64,000 nt of DNA from a virus. Its lineage: Duplodnaviria; Caudoviricetes. The notes beneath the pieces were generated by a model. It was not told the origin of the DNA. It was given only the letters and a program-made list of their open reading frames with translations, and made no database searches. The stretch covers positions 5,185 to 69,184 of the IMG/VR virus record IMGVR_UViG_3300049142_000092; one strand, written 5' to 3'. Made by a program: the position numbers and the translations under genes. Below are positions 17,395-27,021 of this stretch, one piece after another. Positions within the stretch are counted from its first letter, which is position 1. The number at the start of each line of letters is the position of its first letter.

Positions 17395-18074
17395 TGGCCA
17401 CCTTCTTCCGCATCGCCGGCCTCGTCGTCGTCCTCGCCGCAGCCGCCGTCCTGTCGTTCGCCGCGCTCAGGGACTTGGCCATCGCGGTGCGGGTCCACGA
17501 ACAGTTGGCGTTCCTCCTGCCTATCGCAGTGGACGCCGGCGCGGCCGTGTCGTGCACGGTGTGGCTGTCCCCCGCCGTCCAACAGGACGCCCGCAGGTTC
17601 GCGTGCTGGCTGACGTGGCTGCTCCTCGGCGCCACCGTCATCGGCAACGCCGCCCAGCAGGGCATGCACGCCCACGGCATCACCCCGCCATGGCAGGTCG
17701 CCGTGCTCGTGGGTGCCATTTCCCCGGCCATCGTCGGAGGGGTCGTCCACCTGCTCGTCCTCGTCAACCGCAGCACCGCCGGCCCGAAGCTTGAGGACGA
17801 GCCCGTCGAAGAACTATCGCAGCTCGACGATCGCGGCCTGTCCCGGTTCTGGGAGACCGCTCCCGCCACCGAGGTCGTGGAGCGCCCCGTCTCGAAGCCC
17901 CCACGCAAGTCTCTTCCAGCCGCTCCGGTGGACATCGACCCCGAACTCGAGAAGCGGGCCCGGGAACTCATCGCCAACGGCAGCGGGCGGGTGGTGCTGC
18001 AGCAGGAACTGCGCATCTCCGAGTACCGCGCCAAGCAGCTCGTGAAGACCCTCACGAACGGACAGCCCTCATGA
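17394..18074 (+). CDS. DUF2637 / SpdA-like membrane protein
   Basis: AAAVLSFAALRDLA...LLPIAVDAG...TVIGNA... four TM segments, C-terminal HTH-like LQQELRISEYRAKQL. Confidence 0.75.
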   Translation: MATFFRIAGLVVVLAAAAVLSFAALRDLAIAVRVHEQLAFLLPIAVDAGAAVSCTVWLSPAVQQDARRFACWLTWLLLGATVIGNAAQQGMHAHGITPPWQVAVLVGAISPAIVGGVVHLLVLVNRSTAGPKLEDEPVEELSQLDDRGLSRFWETAPATEVVERPVSKPPRKSLPAAPVDIDPELEKRARELIANGSGRVVLQQELRISEYRAKQLVKTLTNGQPS

Positions 18075-18772
18075 CGACGCGCATCTGCAGCGTCGACGGC
18101 TGCGGACGACGCCACAGCGCCCACGGCTACTGCAGCACGCACTGCAACAGGTGGCGCCAGACGGGCAGCCCTCAGTCGGATCGACCGATCGCTGTGCGAG
18201 GCACCCCGAGCACATACGGCGCCGTTCACCTTCGCCTCCAGGCAGTACGAGGTTCGGCCTCCGCCTACCTGTGCTCCCACTGCGCAGCCTCGGCGCAGGA
18301 GTGGGCCTACGACGGGCTCGACCCGAACGCCCGCATAGACCCCAAAGGACGCGGAGCATTCACCCCTGACCTGAGCCACTACTTCCCTCTGTGCTGCTCA
18401 TGCCACCGGATCTACGACCGAGCACAACGACCGCCAGCGCCGCCGCCGTGTGACGTTGAGACCGCAGCCGCCCTCTACCGCGACATGAGCGCTCAGGAGG
18501 TGGCTGCCCGGCTCGGCGTGACCGGCGCAACCGTGATCACTCACTTGCGCAGGGCTGGCGTCGCCATCCGGACGCGTGGAACCCCGCCAGGCGGCCGTCA
18601 GTCGCGATTCGACGTCGACCGCTGCGTTGCGCTCTACCGCTCTGGTCTGAGCGCCGCCGCGATTGCCCTGAAGGTTGGCGCTGGGCGCACGACAGTCAAA
18701 CGACTCCTGAAGCAGGCCGGCGTTGAGATGCGCCCGAGCTCACTACCACGGCAGAGGAAGGGATCTCGATGA
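18071..18772 (+). CDS. HNH-type homing endonuclease-like protein with tandem C-terminal HTHs
   Basis: CSVDGC...GYCSTH; YGAVHLRL...C.HC...WAYD...PLCCSCH; two HTH motifs. Confidence 0.65.
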   Translation: MTTRICSVDGCGRRHSAHGYCSTHCNRWRQTGSPQSDRPIAVRGTPSTYGAVHLRLQAVRGSASAYLCSHCAASAQEWAYDGLDPNARIDPKGRGAFTPDLSHYFPLCCSCHRIYDRAQRPPAPPPCDVETAAALYRDMSAQEVAARLGVTGATVITHLRRAGVAIRTRGTPPGGRQSRFDVDRCVALYRSGLSAAAIALKVGAGRTTVKRLLKQAGVEMRPSSLPRQRKGSR

Positions 18773-20475
18773 CCCGCATGCGTCGGCTTCTCCGCATCGT
18801 TGCCGTGGCACTTGCGGTGACGGCGGTGCTGTGGGCCGTAGCGCCCCGCGCGACCGCGACCGTACTCCTTCTCGTAGGAGCTGCGGTCGGGCTCTGGGCG
18901 GTGCACCACTTCGGTGGGACTGCGCGCACCGTGATCCGCTGGGGTGAGCGAGCCCGGCGTCGCTCTGGGGTCGCCACCCCGTGGCAGATCTTCCGAACCA
19001 CATCCTGGTGGGCAATGCATCGGCGGGCGACCGCAGTCCGCCCATCCCTCCAGGACGTCGGATGGTGGCGTCGGTGGCGCACATCCACGTGGGAGCTCGG
19101 CGTTCAGCTGTGCCGGGCGGGCGGCATGCGAATCTGGGCAGCGGCTGAGGACGTGGTCCTCGTATTCGGAGGCCCCCGCACCGGAAAGACCGCATGGCTC
19201 GCCATCGCCGCCATCTTCGCGGCCGGCGCCGTGGTCATGACTTCCACTCGCCTCGACCTCATCAAGCTCACCCGGAAGTGGCGGGAGATGCGCGGTCTCC
19301 CCACGTGGGTGTTCAACCCGGGAGGTCTTGGCGACCTCCCATCCGACATCACGTTCGAACCCACCCACGGGTGCGACGACCCCGCGGTTGCGGTGGAGCG
19401 TGCCGCCGACATGATCCCCGTGAAGGAGGACGACCGGGGCGAGTCCGCCAGCTGGGACACCCGCGCCCAGGAGGTGTACGCGGCGTTCCTCCACGCGGCC
19501 GGGCTCTCCCACGGCACCCGAGACTCCCACGACATCCTCCGGTGGTCGGCCAACCCCGAACTCGCCGCCGAGGAGCTCCAGCTTCTGCTGCAGGACTCGC
19601 GGGTGCCTTCGTTCGCGTCTGCGGTCGAGCAGTTCATCGGGCTCGCCCCGCAGACCCGGTCCAGCATCGTCAACAGCATCATGCCGGCGCTGAAGTGGCT
19701 GAACTCCGAGAGCGCCGTCGCGGCCACCAAGGGCGGCAACCGGTTCGACGTCGGCGAACTCATCCGCGCCCGCGGCACCGTGTACATGCTCGGCCGGCAC
19801 GAGGCCCACACCGCGCCCCTGCTGGCCGCGCTCAACGGGTACATCGCACGCGAGGCCCGCAGGCTTGCCGCCCTTCAGCGGGACGGCCGGCTCGACCCAC
19901 CGCTCGGTCTTCACCTTGATGAGGCCGCTCGGGTGTCCCCCGTCCCGCTGCCTGACTGGTCCGGTGACGCCGGCGGGTCCGGGATCCAGCTGATCTGCGC
20001 GTTCCAGTCGCTCGCGGACGTGCGGGAGCGATGGGGCACCAACGGTGCCGCGAAGGTCCTCAACAACGCCGGGTCGGTGATGCTGTTCGGAGGGACGAAG
20101 GACCCGGTTGACCTCGAGGCGTGGGCGAAGCTTGCCGGCGACCGGGACGAGCCTGTCAAGACCCGCAACGGCGACGGCAAGGTCACGTCGACCTCTTCCC
20201 GGAAGGCGCCGGTTCTCGCTCCCGCGAAGCTGTCGAATCTCCCGGCGAAGCGGGTGGTTGTTTATACCCGCGGGATGGACCCGGTTGTGGGTCGCGCGCC
20301 TCGGGTGTGGGAGCGGCGGGTGCAGCGGGCCGCCCGGCGGCTCGCCCGGGTCTCCCGACTAGCGACCACCCACCCAGTCGCTCGCCCGCTCTCGGCTCCC
20401 GCACCCACGCCCGTTGCGTCGCCCACGCCCGTGGGTGCTGCGCCCGGACGGGAGCTGACCGATGTCGCCCACTGA
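18769..20475 (+). CDS. type IV coupling protein (VirD4/TraG-TraD family)
   Basis: Two N-terminal TMs; Walker A GGPRTGKT; Walker B LHLDEAA; GIQLICAFQSLADVRERWG...NNAG...LFGG TraD-type C-terminal motif. Confidence 0.9.
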   Translation: MTRMRRLLRIVAVALAVTAVLWAVAPRATATVLLLVGAAVGLWAVHHFGGTARTVIRWGERARRRSGVATPWQIFRTTSWWAMHRRATAVRPSLQDVGWWRRWRTSTWELGVQLCRAGGMRIWAAAEDVVLVFGGPRTGKTAWLAIAAIFAAGAVVMTSTRLDLIKLTRKWREMRGLPTWVFNPGGLGDLPSDITFEPTHGCDDPAVAVERAADMIPVKEDDRGESASWDTRAQEVYAAFLHAAGLSHGTRDSHDILRWSANPELAAEELQLLLQDSRVPSFASAVEQFIGLAPQTRSSIVNSIMPALKWLNSESAVAATKGGNRFDVGELIRARGTVYMLGRHEAHTAPLLAALNGYIAREARRLAALQRDGRLDPPLGLHLDEAARVSPVPLPDWSGDAGGSGIQLICAFQSLADVRERWGTNGAAKVLNNAGSVMLFGGTKDPVDLEAWAKLAGDRDEPVKTRNGDGKVTSTSSRKAPVLAPAKLSNLPAKRVVVYTRGMDPVVGRAPRVWERRVQRAARRLARVSRLATTHPVARPLSAPAPTPVASPTPVGAAPGRELTDVAH

Positions 20476-21154
20476 CCCGCCCGCCGGCCCTCCTCCGGGG
20501 GAGCCCACCCAGCCGCTCGACGCCCAGGCGATCGGGCGGGAGCTCGACCGCATCTCCCGCTGGGTGCAGAAGCAAGCCGACGAGCGGGAGTGGACCGACG
20601 AACTCCGGAAGATGTGGGACGCCACGCGCGAGTGCTTCGACGGCCTCTCGGCGCTTGCCGCCGCCACCAAGCCGGCCCCCAGTCGGGCGTGGCTGCTGCA
20701 GGTTGGCGAGGAGCCGGAGAAGCTCTCCGAACGCCTCACCAGCCTCGTCGAGTGGCTGGACAAGGTGTTCCTGCGCTACCCGGCCGCACAGCTGCCTTCG
20801 TGCTGGTCACGGCACCCGTGGCTGGTTGAAGAGCTGCTGTGGCTGCAGGCCTACCACAGCGACGCGTATGGGCCGCGTGGGTCGTCGACCGCGCAGGGCA
20901 TGTGGCACGACCAGTCCCTGCCTCGGCTGCTGGAGCGGATGAAGCACGTCACCGGATGTGATCTTTCGAAGCACGTTCCTGGTGGTCAGGAGGCTAAGCC
21001 GCCACTCGCGGCACCTCTCGCAGGGCACATCAAGGAGATCGCGGAGGCCTGGTCAACCACGGGTCTGCCGCCTGAGCCGTCGACCGAGCAGCTCGAGGAA
21101 GCGCGCAAGCACCGAGAGCTCAAGCTCCGCCGAAACACCTCCAACACCAACTGA
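20462..21154 (+). CDS. DUF4913-like protein
   Basis: WLDKVFLRY...LPSCWSRHPWLVEELLWL...W motif, which I associate with actinobacterial T4CP/relaxase loci. Confidence 0.6.
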   Translation: MSPTDPPAGPPPGEPTQPLDAQAIGRELDRISRWVQKQADEREWTDELRKMWDATRECFDGLSALAAATKPAPSRAWLLQVGEEPEKLSERLTSLVEWLDKVFLRYPAAQLPSCWSRHPWLVEELLWLQAYHSDAYGPRGSSTAQGMWHDQSLPRLLERMKHVTGCDLSKHVPGGQEAKPPLAAPLAGHIKEIAEAWSTTGLPPEPSTEQLEEARKHRELKLRRNTSNTN

Positions 21155-21224
21155 TCCCCATCTACCTAGATCCACTCACCCCCAAGATCCATCTACTCAA
21201 GATCACCACTCACCTCAAGATCCC
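21153..21224 (+). repeat. strand-biased GATC-anchored tandem repeats (candidate oriT/iteron region)
   Basis: Two ~33-bp units gatccccatctacctagatccactcacccccaa / gatccatctactcaagatcaccactcacctcaa plus a fifth GATC; G-poor and AT-enriched relative to the window. Confidence 0.7.
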
Positions 21225-21303
21225 TAACTGCCCTAAGAACAAGCAGCCACACCGATGCATTAGCCAATCCAGCGGTGTGACCAGCACAGGAAGGAAGATC
21301 CAC

Positions 21304-21645
21304 ATGGCCGATCTGAGCGATCCGAGGATCGCCGCTGAGGTCGAGGCGGCCTACGCCGAACGCCAGGCCCAGCTCGCGAACTCGCCGAGCTACCAGGCGT
21401 ACCAGCAGAACAGCCAGCGACTCACCGAGCGTGACCTCGCATTCAACGGCCTGCTCAACAAGCACACCTTCGCGGATCCGCGGCTCTCGACCCCGGACCA
21501 GATTGGTGCGGCGCATGAACGTGCCGCGCAACTGGCCGCCCAGGCCAACGGACGTCCCTTCACTCCAACCGAACAGGCCGAGTGGACCACCGCGCTCGGC
21601 ACGCAGGCCTCCCACTACGCAGCAGAGGAAGGACGGACCCGATGA
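21304..21645 (+). CDS. hypothetical protein
   Basis: RBS aggaag; MADLSDPRIAAEVEAAY... Confidence 0.7.
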   Translation: MADLSDPRIAAEVEAAYAERQAQLANSPSYQAYQQNSQRLTERDLAFNGLLNKHTFADPRLSTPDQIGAAHERAAQLAAQANGRPFTPTEQAEWTTALGTQASHYAAEEGRTR

Positions 21646-21806
21646 GCCGCCAGATGCCTTGGTTCCGCGACTACGACCGCGACCTGATGGAGGAGCGAGC
21701 ACTCCCCGACCCGGAAGTTGTTGACCGCATCGAGCGGCTGGCGGCCCAGGAGTGTGGCTCCTGGGAAGCCCCCGCTCAGTCCGATGAGGACGGGCGGGCC
21801 CGCTGA
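21642..21806 (+). CDS. small hypothetical protein
   Basis: ATGA overlap; MSRQMPWFRDYDRD... Confidence 0.55.
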   Translation: MSRQMPWFRDYDRDLMEERALPDPEVVDRIERLAAQECGSWEAPAQSDEDGRAR

Positions 21807-22006
21807 TGGACGACGGCTACACGCGGTGGGGCTGCCAAGACACCTGGGGCGCCCAAACCCACCCGATGGGTTACCGCCGTGACATGGCCCAGCAGAAGGC
21901 CCGGGAGGCGATCGCGGGCGTCTGCAACCTGCTGACGCCCGCGGCGTGGGAGTTCACAGCGCCGCCGAACTCCCGGCTGCAGGCCTACGCGCGGGCGCGG
22001 GCCTAA
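21806..22006 (+). CDS. small hypothetical protein
   Basis: TGATG overlap; directly upstream of the relaxase. Confidence 0.5.
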   Translation: MDDGYTRWGCQDTWGAQTHPMGYRRDMAQQKAREAIAGVCNLLTPAAWEFTAPPNSRLQAYARARA

Positions 22007-22012
22007 CCTCCC

Positions 22013-25000
22013 ATGTTCAAGGTGACCAAGGGCTACTCGGTGGAGTACCTGACCGGGCCGGTGTCGACCGGGCGGGAGGGCTATTACACGGGTGCCGTGG
22101 CCGCGGGTGAACCGCCCGGCGTGTGGCATGGGCGGGGCGCTGAGGCGCTCGGGCTGGCGGGCGAGGTCGACTCCGATCTGATGGAGGCGATCTACGCCCG
22201 CCTGCTCGACCCCCGCGACGAGGCCACCCATTCGCGGGCGAGATGGGCGGAAGCCGCAGCGTTGGCTCCCGCCCACCGCCGCTACCGGTCACCGGACGAG
22301 CTGTATCAGGAAGCGATCGCGAAAGAACCCGACGCCGGTCCGGAGCGACGCGCCGAAATGTTGGCGGCGGCCGAGCGGAAATCGCAGCAGGCGGTGGCGT
22401 TCTGGGATGCCACGTTCTCGGTGCCGAAGTCCGTCACCGTCCTCGCGGTCGCGTTCGAGCGGGCCACGGACACCGCCGCCAGTGCAGGACGGCACGAAGA
22501 GGCGGCGTCGTGGCGGGCCATGCTCGGCGCGGTTGAGGCCGCAGCGATGGCTGGTGCGTCGGCGAGCGTCGACTATCTCGAGGCCAACGCGTACGCCCGG
22601 GTTGGGAACCACTCGAGCGGCGCTGGGCGGTGGATGGAACAGAAGGGGTTCATAGTCGCCCAGTTCCTGCAGCACGACTCCCGCGACCGAGACCCGCAGC
22701 TGCACGTCCACCAGGCGATCCTGAACGCTCACGAACGTGCCGACGGGAAGTGGGGGCGCCTCGACGGGGCGGCGTTGACGCTGCACAAGTGGGCCGCCGC
22801 CGCTGTGGGTGAGCGGGTCATGGAGGCCGAGCTCACCCGGATGCTCGGGGTGCGGATGGTGACCCGTAAGGACGGTGTCGCCCGGGAGGTCGACGGTGTC
22901 CCTCAGCAGTTGATGGATCTGTTCTCGAAGCGGTCCCGCGCGGTCACCGCGAAGACCGCGGAGTTGATCGCCGCCTATGAGGCGCAGCACGGCCGGGCGG
23001 CGTCGGTGTTGGAGAGGCAGTACATCGCCGAGCAGGCCACGCTTCTCACCCGGAAGGGAAAGTCTCACACCGGGGAGACCGCGCAGGAGCGGCTGGACCG
23101 GTGGGAGCGTGAGGCCCGCACGAAGATGGCTGGCGGGTTGGAGCAGGTCGCCCACGACGTCCTCGCGGTGAAGGGACAAGCCCGGGCCGATGAGGTGTCA
23201 CCAGCGCAGGTGATCAGTAAGGCGTTGTGGGAGGTCGGGAAGAACGAGCAGGTGTGGACCCGCTCCGACCTGATCTTCGCGATTTCGAATGCGCTCCCCG
23301 CGAACCTCGGTGTACCCGCCGACCAAATCCCCGCGATGTTGGAGCGGCTTGCCGACAAAGCCCTCGTCGAAGCGAAGGTGGTTGTCGCCACCGAGGCGGT
23401 GGATGGGCTGCCGGCCGAGTTCCGCCTCGTCGGCGGGCTGTCCGCGTTCCAGCGTCCCGGCGCCGCCCGGTACGCCACGGTCGGGCAGATCGCCGAAGAA
23501 CGGGTCACCGAGCAGGCCGCTGTCCGGACCGGCGCCGCGAAGCTAACCGACGCGCAGGCGGATGCGTTCATCCGCCGCTACAACGAGGCCGCCGACGAGC
23601 CGTTGGGCGCGGACAAGGAGGCCGCGATTCGCGGTGTCCTCACCTCCGGCGCCTACGTCGAAACCATCTCGGCTGCCGCCGGCACCGGGAAGTCGACAAC
23701 CGTTGGGCTGATCGCGGAAGCATGGGCTGAGCACGGGCACCGCACCTTCGGCCTGGCCGCATCCCAGAACGCCGCCGACGTGATGGCCGAGGAAGGCGTG
23801 ACCGCGTTCAACTTCGACCGGTGGCGGCTCGCGGTCGAGAACGACGACTCCCTGCAGCTCCGCGCCGGCGACATGGTCGTGGTCGATGAGGCCGGCATGG
23901 CATCCACCCGCGACATGGCCGATCTGGTGCAACGCTGCGAAGAAGTCGGGGCGAAACTCCTCCCAGTCGGTGACGAACGGCAGATGCGATCGATCGAAGC
24001 CGGTGGCGTGTTCGCCGACCTGCGGCGCACGGCGCGCTCCTACGAGTTGACGCAGGTGTGGCGGTTCCAGGAGGAGTGGGAACGCGCGGCGTCACTGCTG
24101 TGGCGTGAAGGTGATGTCGCCGCGCTCGACGCTTACGACAAGCACGGCCGGTTACGTGGCTGCGGCACGGCCGAGCAGGCCGAACACAAGGCCGGTCAGG
24201 CGTGGCTGGCAGACACCCTCGCCGGGAAGAAGTCCCTGCTGCTGGTGCGGAGCAACGACCAGGCAGCGCGGGTGAACGCCCAGCTGCGCGCCGAGTTGGT
24301 GCGACTCGGGAAGGTGTCTGAGCAGGGTGTGGTGCTCGGCAAGGAGAACACCGTCGCAGGGGTCGGCGATCTGGTGCAGGCCCGCCACAACCACTGGCAC
24401 CTGTTCCGAGGCAACAGCCGGCCACTGATCAACCGGCAGACCTACCGGGTGACCGAGCTTCTCCCCGACGGTGGGCTGAAGGTCGAGAACAGCAAGGGTG
24501 TCTCCCTAACCGTGCCCGCCGACTACGTCGAGAAGCACCTGACCCTGGGCTACGCCTCCACCTTGCACGCCGCGCAGGGTCGCACCGTCGACACTGGGCA
24601 CGACCTGACCGGCACGTACGTCGGAATGACCCGCGGGCGGGAGTCGAACACGGCATGGGTGACCACTAAGGCGCTGTCCTCGGATGCACCTGTCGGTGAA
24701 GCCCAGGAGGTAGAGGAACGCACCGCGAAGGCTGTCCTCGCGGACACATTCAAGAACGCGGAGGAGGAGCGGGGGGCGATCGCCCAGCGCGAGCAGGCCA
24801 TCGAGGACGAAAAATCCACCTTCCGGAACGTCGACCGGTTGCTGGTCGGTATCGACAAGGCAACCGCTGGCAACACCGCCACCAGGCTGGACTACCTCAC
24901 CGCCGAAGGGATCATCACCCCCGAGCAGCGCGAAGCCCTCGCTGCGGACCAGGCGATGAGCGCGGTGGAGCGGCTGCTCCGCAACGCCGAGGTCGCCGGA

Positions 25001-26230
25001 CACAACCCTGAGTCGGTCCTCCGCGGCGCATTGGAGGGGAAGTCCCTGGCCGGTGCGGAGAGGGCAGCGCAGGTTTTGCACTCCCGCATCCGCAACACCC
25101 TCGGGAAGCAGATCCCGAGGATCACCTCCTACCGGGACCTCATCCCCGCCGGGGTGAGCGACGTGTGGCGTGGCTGGCTCGAGAAGCAAGCCGACAAGGC
25201 CGATGAACGGCGCCACGAGTTGGGCGCCAGAGTGGCTGAGGAGAAGCCGTCATGGGCGATGGAAACCCTCGGCCCGGTTCCGGAGGATCCGCTGCGGCGG
25301 GCAGTGTGGGAGTCCCGCGCCGGTTGGGCTGCCGCGTCCCGTGAGGGCGCCGAGTACACCGACGAGCACGATCCGCTGGGCCCTGCGCCTGCCGCGGGGT
25401 TGGCGGAGAAGCGCGCCATCTGGGCCACCGCCCACGACGCTCTCGGCCTGCCAGATGTGGGCCCTGAGGAGGCGATGCAGTCCGACGGGCAGCTGTTGGC
25501 GCGGGTGGCGGCGTGGGAGCGGGAGCAGCTGTGGGCGCCCCGCTATGTAGCGGACGAGCTTGCTGCCACATCCGAGCAGTTGGCGGACCGGCGTAGCCAG
25601 GTGGGGTTGTGGCGGGCGCACGCCGAAACCCTCGACGGCGACGAAAAGCAGGGCGTCCTCGAGGCGGCGGCGAAGGCTGAACGGGAGGCCGCGGAGCTTG
25701 AGCAGCTGAAGCTCAACCTTGAGGTCGCGGACAAGGAACGGACCGCATGGTTCCTCCACACCGCCGCCACCCGCGACTCCGGTGAACGAGCCAAGGCGGA
25801 GTTGGCCCGCCGCGAAGTCGACCTGGCCCACCCAGTGGATCGGACCACGATGGCCGAGTGGCTGGCGGCGGAGGAAGCCGACCGGGCGTCCGGGGACACG
25901 CACCGGCCGATCCATGAGGAAGACCTCGCCGACGAGCAGGTCGCTGACCTGCCCGCGCCGCACCGTCCCCTTGAGACCGCGGTCGCGGACATCCGCGACG
26001 TAGCGGTGGCGGACCCGACGGAACACGACCCACGCACCCGACGCGAAGTCCCGGCCGCCGATGTTGTGGCCGAGGCCGTGCAACGGGCACGCGAATCGCT
26101 CCTCGAGCGGATGAGCCGAGACCACGCCGACGAGGCGCGGCTGGCGGAAGAAGAGGCGGACCGGCAAACCCACTGGCTGGCCGCACCAGAACTGGCTGAC
26201 GAGCAAGCGCGAGTGAGGGAGATGTCATGA
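22013..26230 (+). CDS. MobF (TrwC-like) relaxase-helicase
   Basis: GYY catalytic tyrosines, PPGVWHGRGAEALGL, DATFSVPKSV, HDSRDRDPQLHVH (HUH motif), SF1 helicase AAAGTGKST / VVDEAGM / VGDERQ / GYASTLHAAQGRT. Confidence 0.97.
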   Translation: MFKVTKGYSVEYLTGPVSTGREGYYTGAVAAGEPPGVWHGRGAEALGLAGEVDSDLMEAIYARLLDPRDEATHSRARWAEAAALAPAHRRYRSPDELYQEAIAKEPDAGPERRAEMLAAAERKSQQAVAFWDATFSVPKSVTVLAVAFERATDTAASAGRHEEAASWRAMLGAVEAAAMAGASASVDYLEANAYARVGNHSSGAGRWMEQKGFIVAQFLQHDSRDRDPQLHVHQAILNAHERADGKWGRLDGAALTLHKWAAAAVGERVMEAELTRMLGVRMVTRKDGVAREVDGVPQQLMDLFSKRSRAVTAKTAELIAAYEAQHGRAASVLERQYIAEQATLLTRKGKSHTGETAQERLDRWEREARTKMAGGLEQVAHDVLAVKGQARADEVSPAQVISKALWEVGKNEQVWTRSDLIFAISNALPANLGVPADQIPAMLERLADKALVEAKVVVATEAVDGLPAEFRLVGGLSAFQRPGAARYATVGQIAEERVTEQAAVRTGAAKLTDAQADAFIRRYNEAADEPLGADKEAAIRGVLTSGAYVETISAAAGTGKSTTVGLIAEAWAEHGHRTFGLAASQNAADVMAEEGVTAFNFDRWRLAVENDDSLQLRAGDMVVVDEAGMASTRDMADLVQRCEEVGAKLLPVGDERQMRSIEAGGVFADLRRTARSYELTQVWRFQEEWERAASLLWREGDVAALDAYDKHGRLRGCGTAEQAEHKAGQAWLADTLAGKKSLLLVRSNDQAARVNAQLRAELVRLGKVSEQGVVLGKENTVAGVGDLVQARHNHWHLFRGNSRPLINRQTYRVTELLPDGGLKVENSKGVSLTVPADYVEKHLTLGYASTLHAAQGRTVDTGHDLTGTYVGMTRGRESNTAWVTTKALSSDAPVGEAQEVEERTAKAVLADTFKNAEEERGAIAQREQAIEDEKSTFRNVDRLLVGIDKATAGNTATRLDYLTAEGIITPEQREALAADQAMSAVERLLRNAEVAGHNPESVLRGALEGKSLAGAERAAQVLHSRIRNTLGKQIPRITSYRDLIPAGVSDVWRGWLEKQADKADERRHELGARVAEEKPSWAMETLGPVPEDPLRRAVWESRAGWAAASREGAEYTDEHDPLGPAPAAGLAEKRAIWATAHDALGLPDVGPEEAMQSDGQLLARVAAWEREQLWAPRYVADELAATSEQLADRRSQVGLWRAHAETLDGDEKQGVLEAAAKAEREAAELEQLKLNLEVADKERTAWFLHTAATRDSGERAKAELARREVDLAHPVDRTTMAEWLAAEEADRASGDTHRPIHEEDLADEQVADLPAPHRPLETAVADIRDVAVADPTEHDPRTRREVPAADVVAEAVQRARESLLERMSRDHADEARLAEEEADRQTHWLAAPELADEQARVREMS

Positions 26231-26553
26231 GCAACGACGCAGCCGACCTTGGGCTGAAGCTGTCACAGCTCCCTCACGACCACGAACTCGTCGTGGCTGC
26301 TCGGCTCGCTATGGAGCTCCGGGCAGACCGGATGCAGTCCTACGACGACTACGTGGGCGGTCGGTTCCACCGCACCCACGAACTGCCCGACGAGTACACG
26401 GAACTGCAGAAGCTGCGGTACCCACCGAACGGGGACCGCGACGAGTGGGTGCGCAACGGGAACCCCGTGACGATCCCGGCGCAGCGGCAGCCTACGGAGT
26501 GGACACCAGCACCCGCGGAGGACGCTGGCGCCGCACGAGTGAGGGGACGCTAG
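26227..26553 (+). CDS. hypothetical protein
   Basis: ATGA overlap with the relaxase stop. Confidence 0.65.
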   Translation: MSNDAADLGLKLSQLPHDHELVVAARLAMELRADRMQSYDDYVGGRFHRTHELPDEYTELQKLRYPPNGDRDEWVRNGNPVTIPAQRQPTEWTPAPAEDAGAARVRGR

Positions 26554-26960
26554 TGCGGCACCAGCGAAGCGAGACGCCGCCACCGAGCGACCTGCCCGCG
26601 GGCACAGTTCTCGGCGTCCCGGCGCTGCTCCGGCATCCCCGTCTTCCCGGCAAGCAGCTCGGCGGTGACTTGGTCAACCGATACGACTGTGCCGTCGGGG
26701 TTGCGTCGGGGCAGCTCAATCGGGGGGACGTCGGTCATCCCGAGGAGCCACGCGAGGGTGCTGGTGTCGTCATCGACGACCCGCGCCAGGACAGCTTCCT
26801 GGCTGGGGGTCTCTCGGGTGACCCAGTTGAGGATGGCGCACACCTCGCTGTGCAGGGACGCCCTGCCCACCTCTTCCGCCACCGCGTGGGCGATCCAGTG
26901 GCAGTCGGCGACCTCCCGGGCCGCCGGTGCAACCCAGACCGGTATCAGCGCCTCCCCCAT
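26550..26960 (-). CDS. hypothetical protein
   Basis: ORF track; convergent with the mob operon. Confidence 0.6.
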   Translation of the reverse strand: MGEALIPVWVAPAAREVADCHWIAHAVAEEVGRASLHSEVCAILNWVTRETPSQEAVLARVVDDDTSTLAWLLGMTDVPPIELPRRNPDGTVVSVDQVTAELLAGKTGMPEQRRDAENCARGQVARWRRLASLVPH

Positions 26961-27003
26961 GACTTGCAGTATGCGGCCGCGGTCTGACAGCGGCCAAACA
27001 GGT

Positions 27004-27021
27004 AGCAGGATTTCACCTGCT
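27004..27021. promoter_or_regulatory. palindrome AGCAGG-N6-CCTGCT in a divergent intergenic region
   Basis: Perfect 6-bp arms; left arm plus AT equals the AGCAGGAT unit of the early promoters. Confidence 0.45.

Noticed and set aside
21153-21224. CRISPR array
   Set aside because: Short degenerate tandem units with no unique spacers and no cas genes; no repeat-spacer array was seen anywhere in the window.
16816-26553. Complete self-transmissible T4SS/ICE
   Set aside because: No VirB4/TcpF ATPase, VirB6/VirB8-like or peptidoglycan-hydrolase genes and no FtsK/TraB translocase were recognised; only MOB functions are supported.
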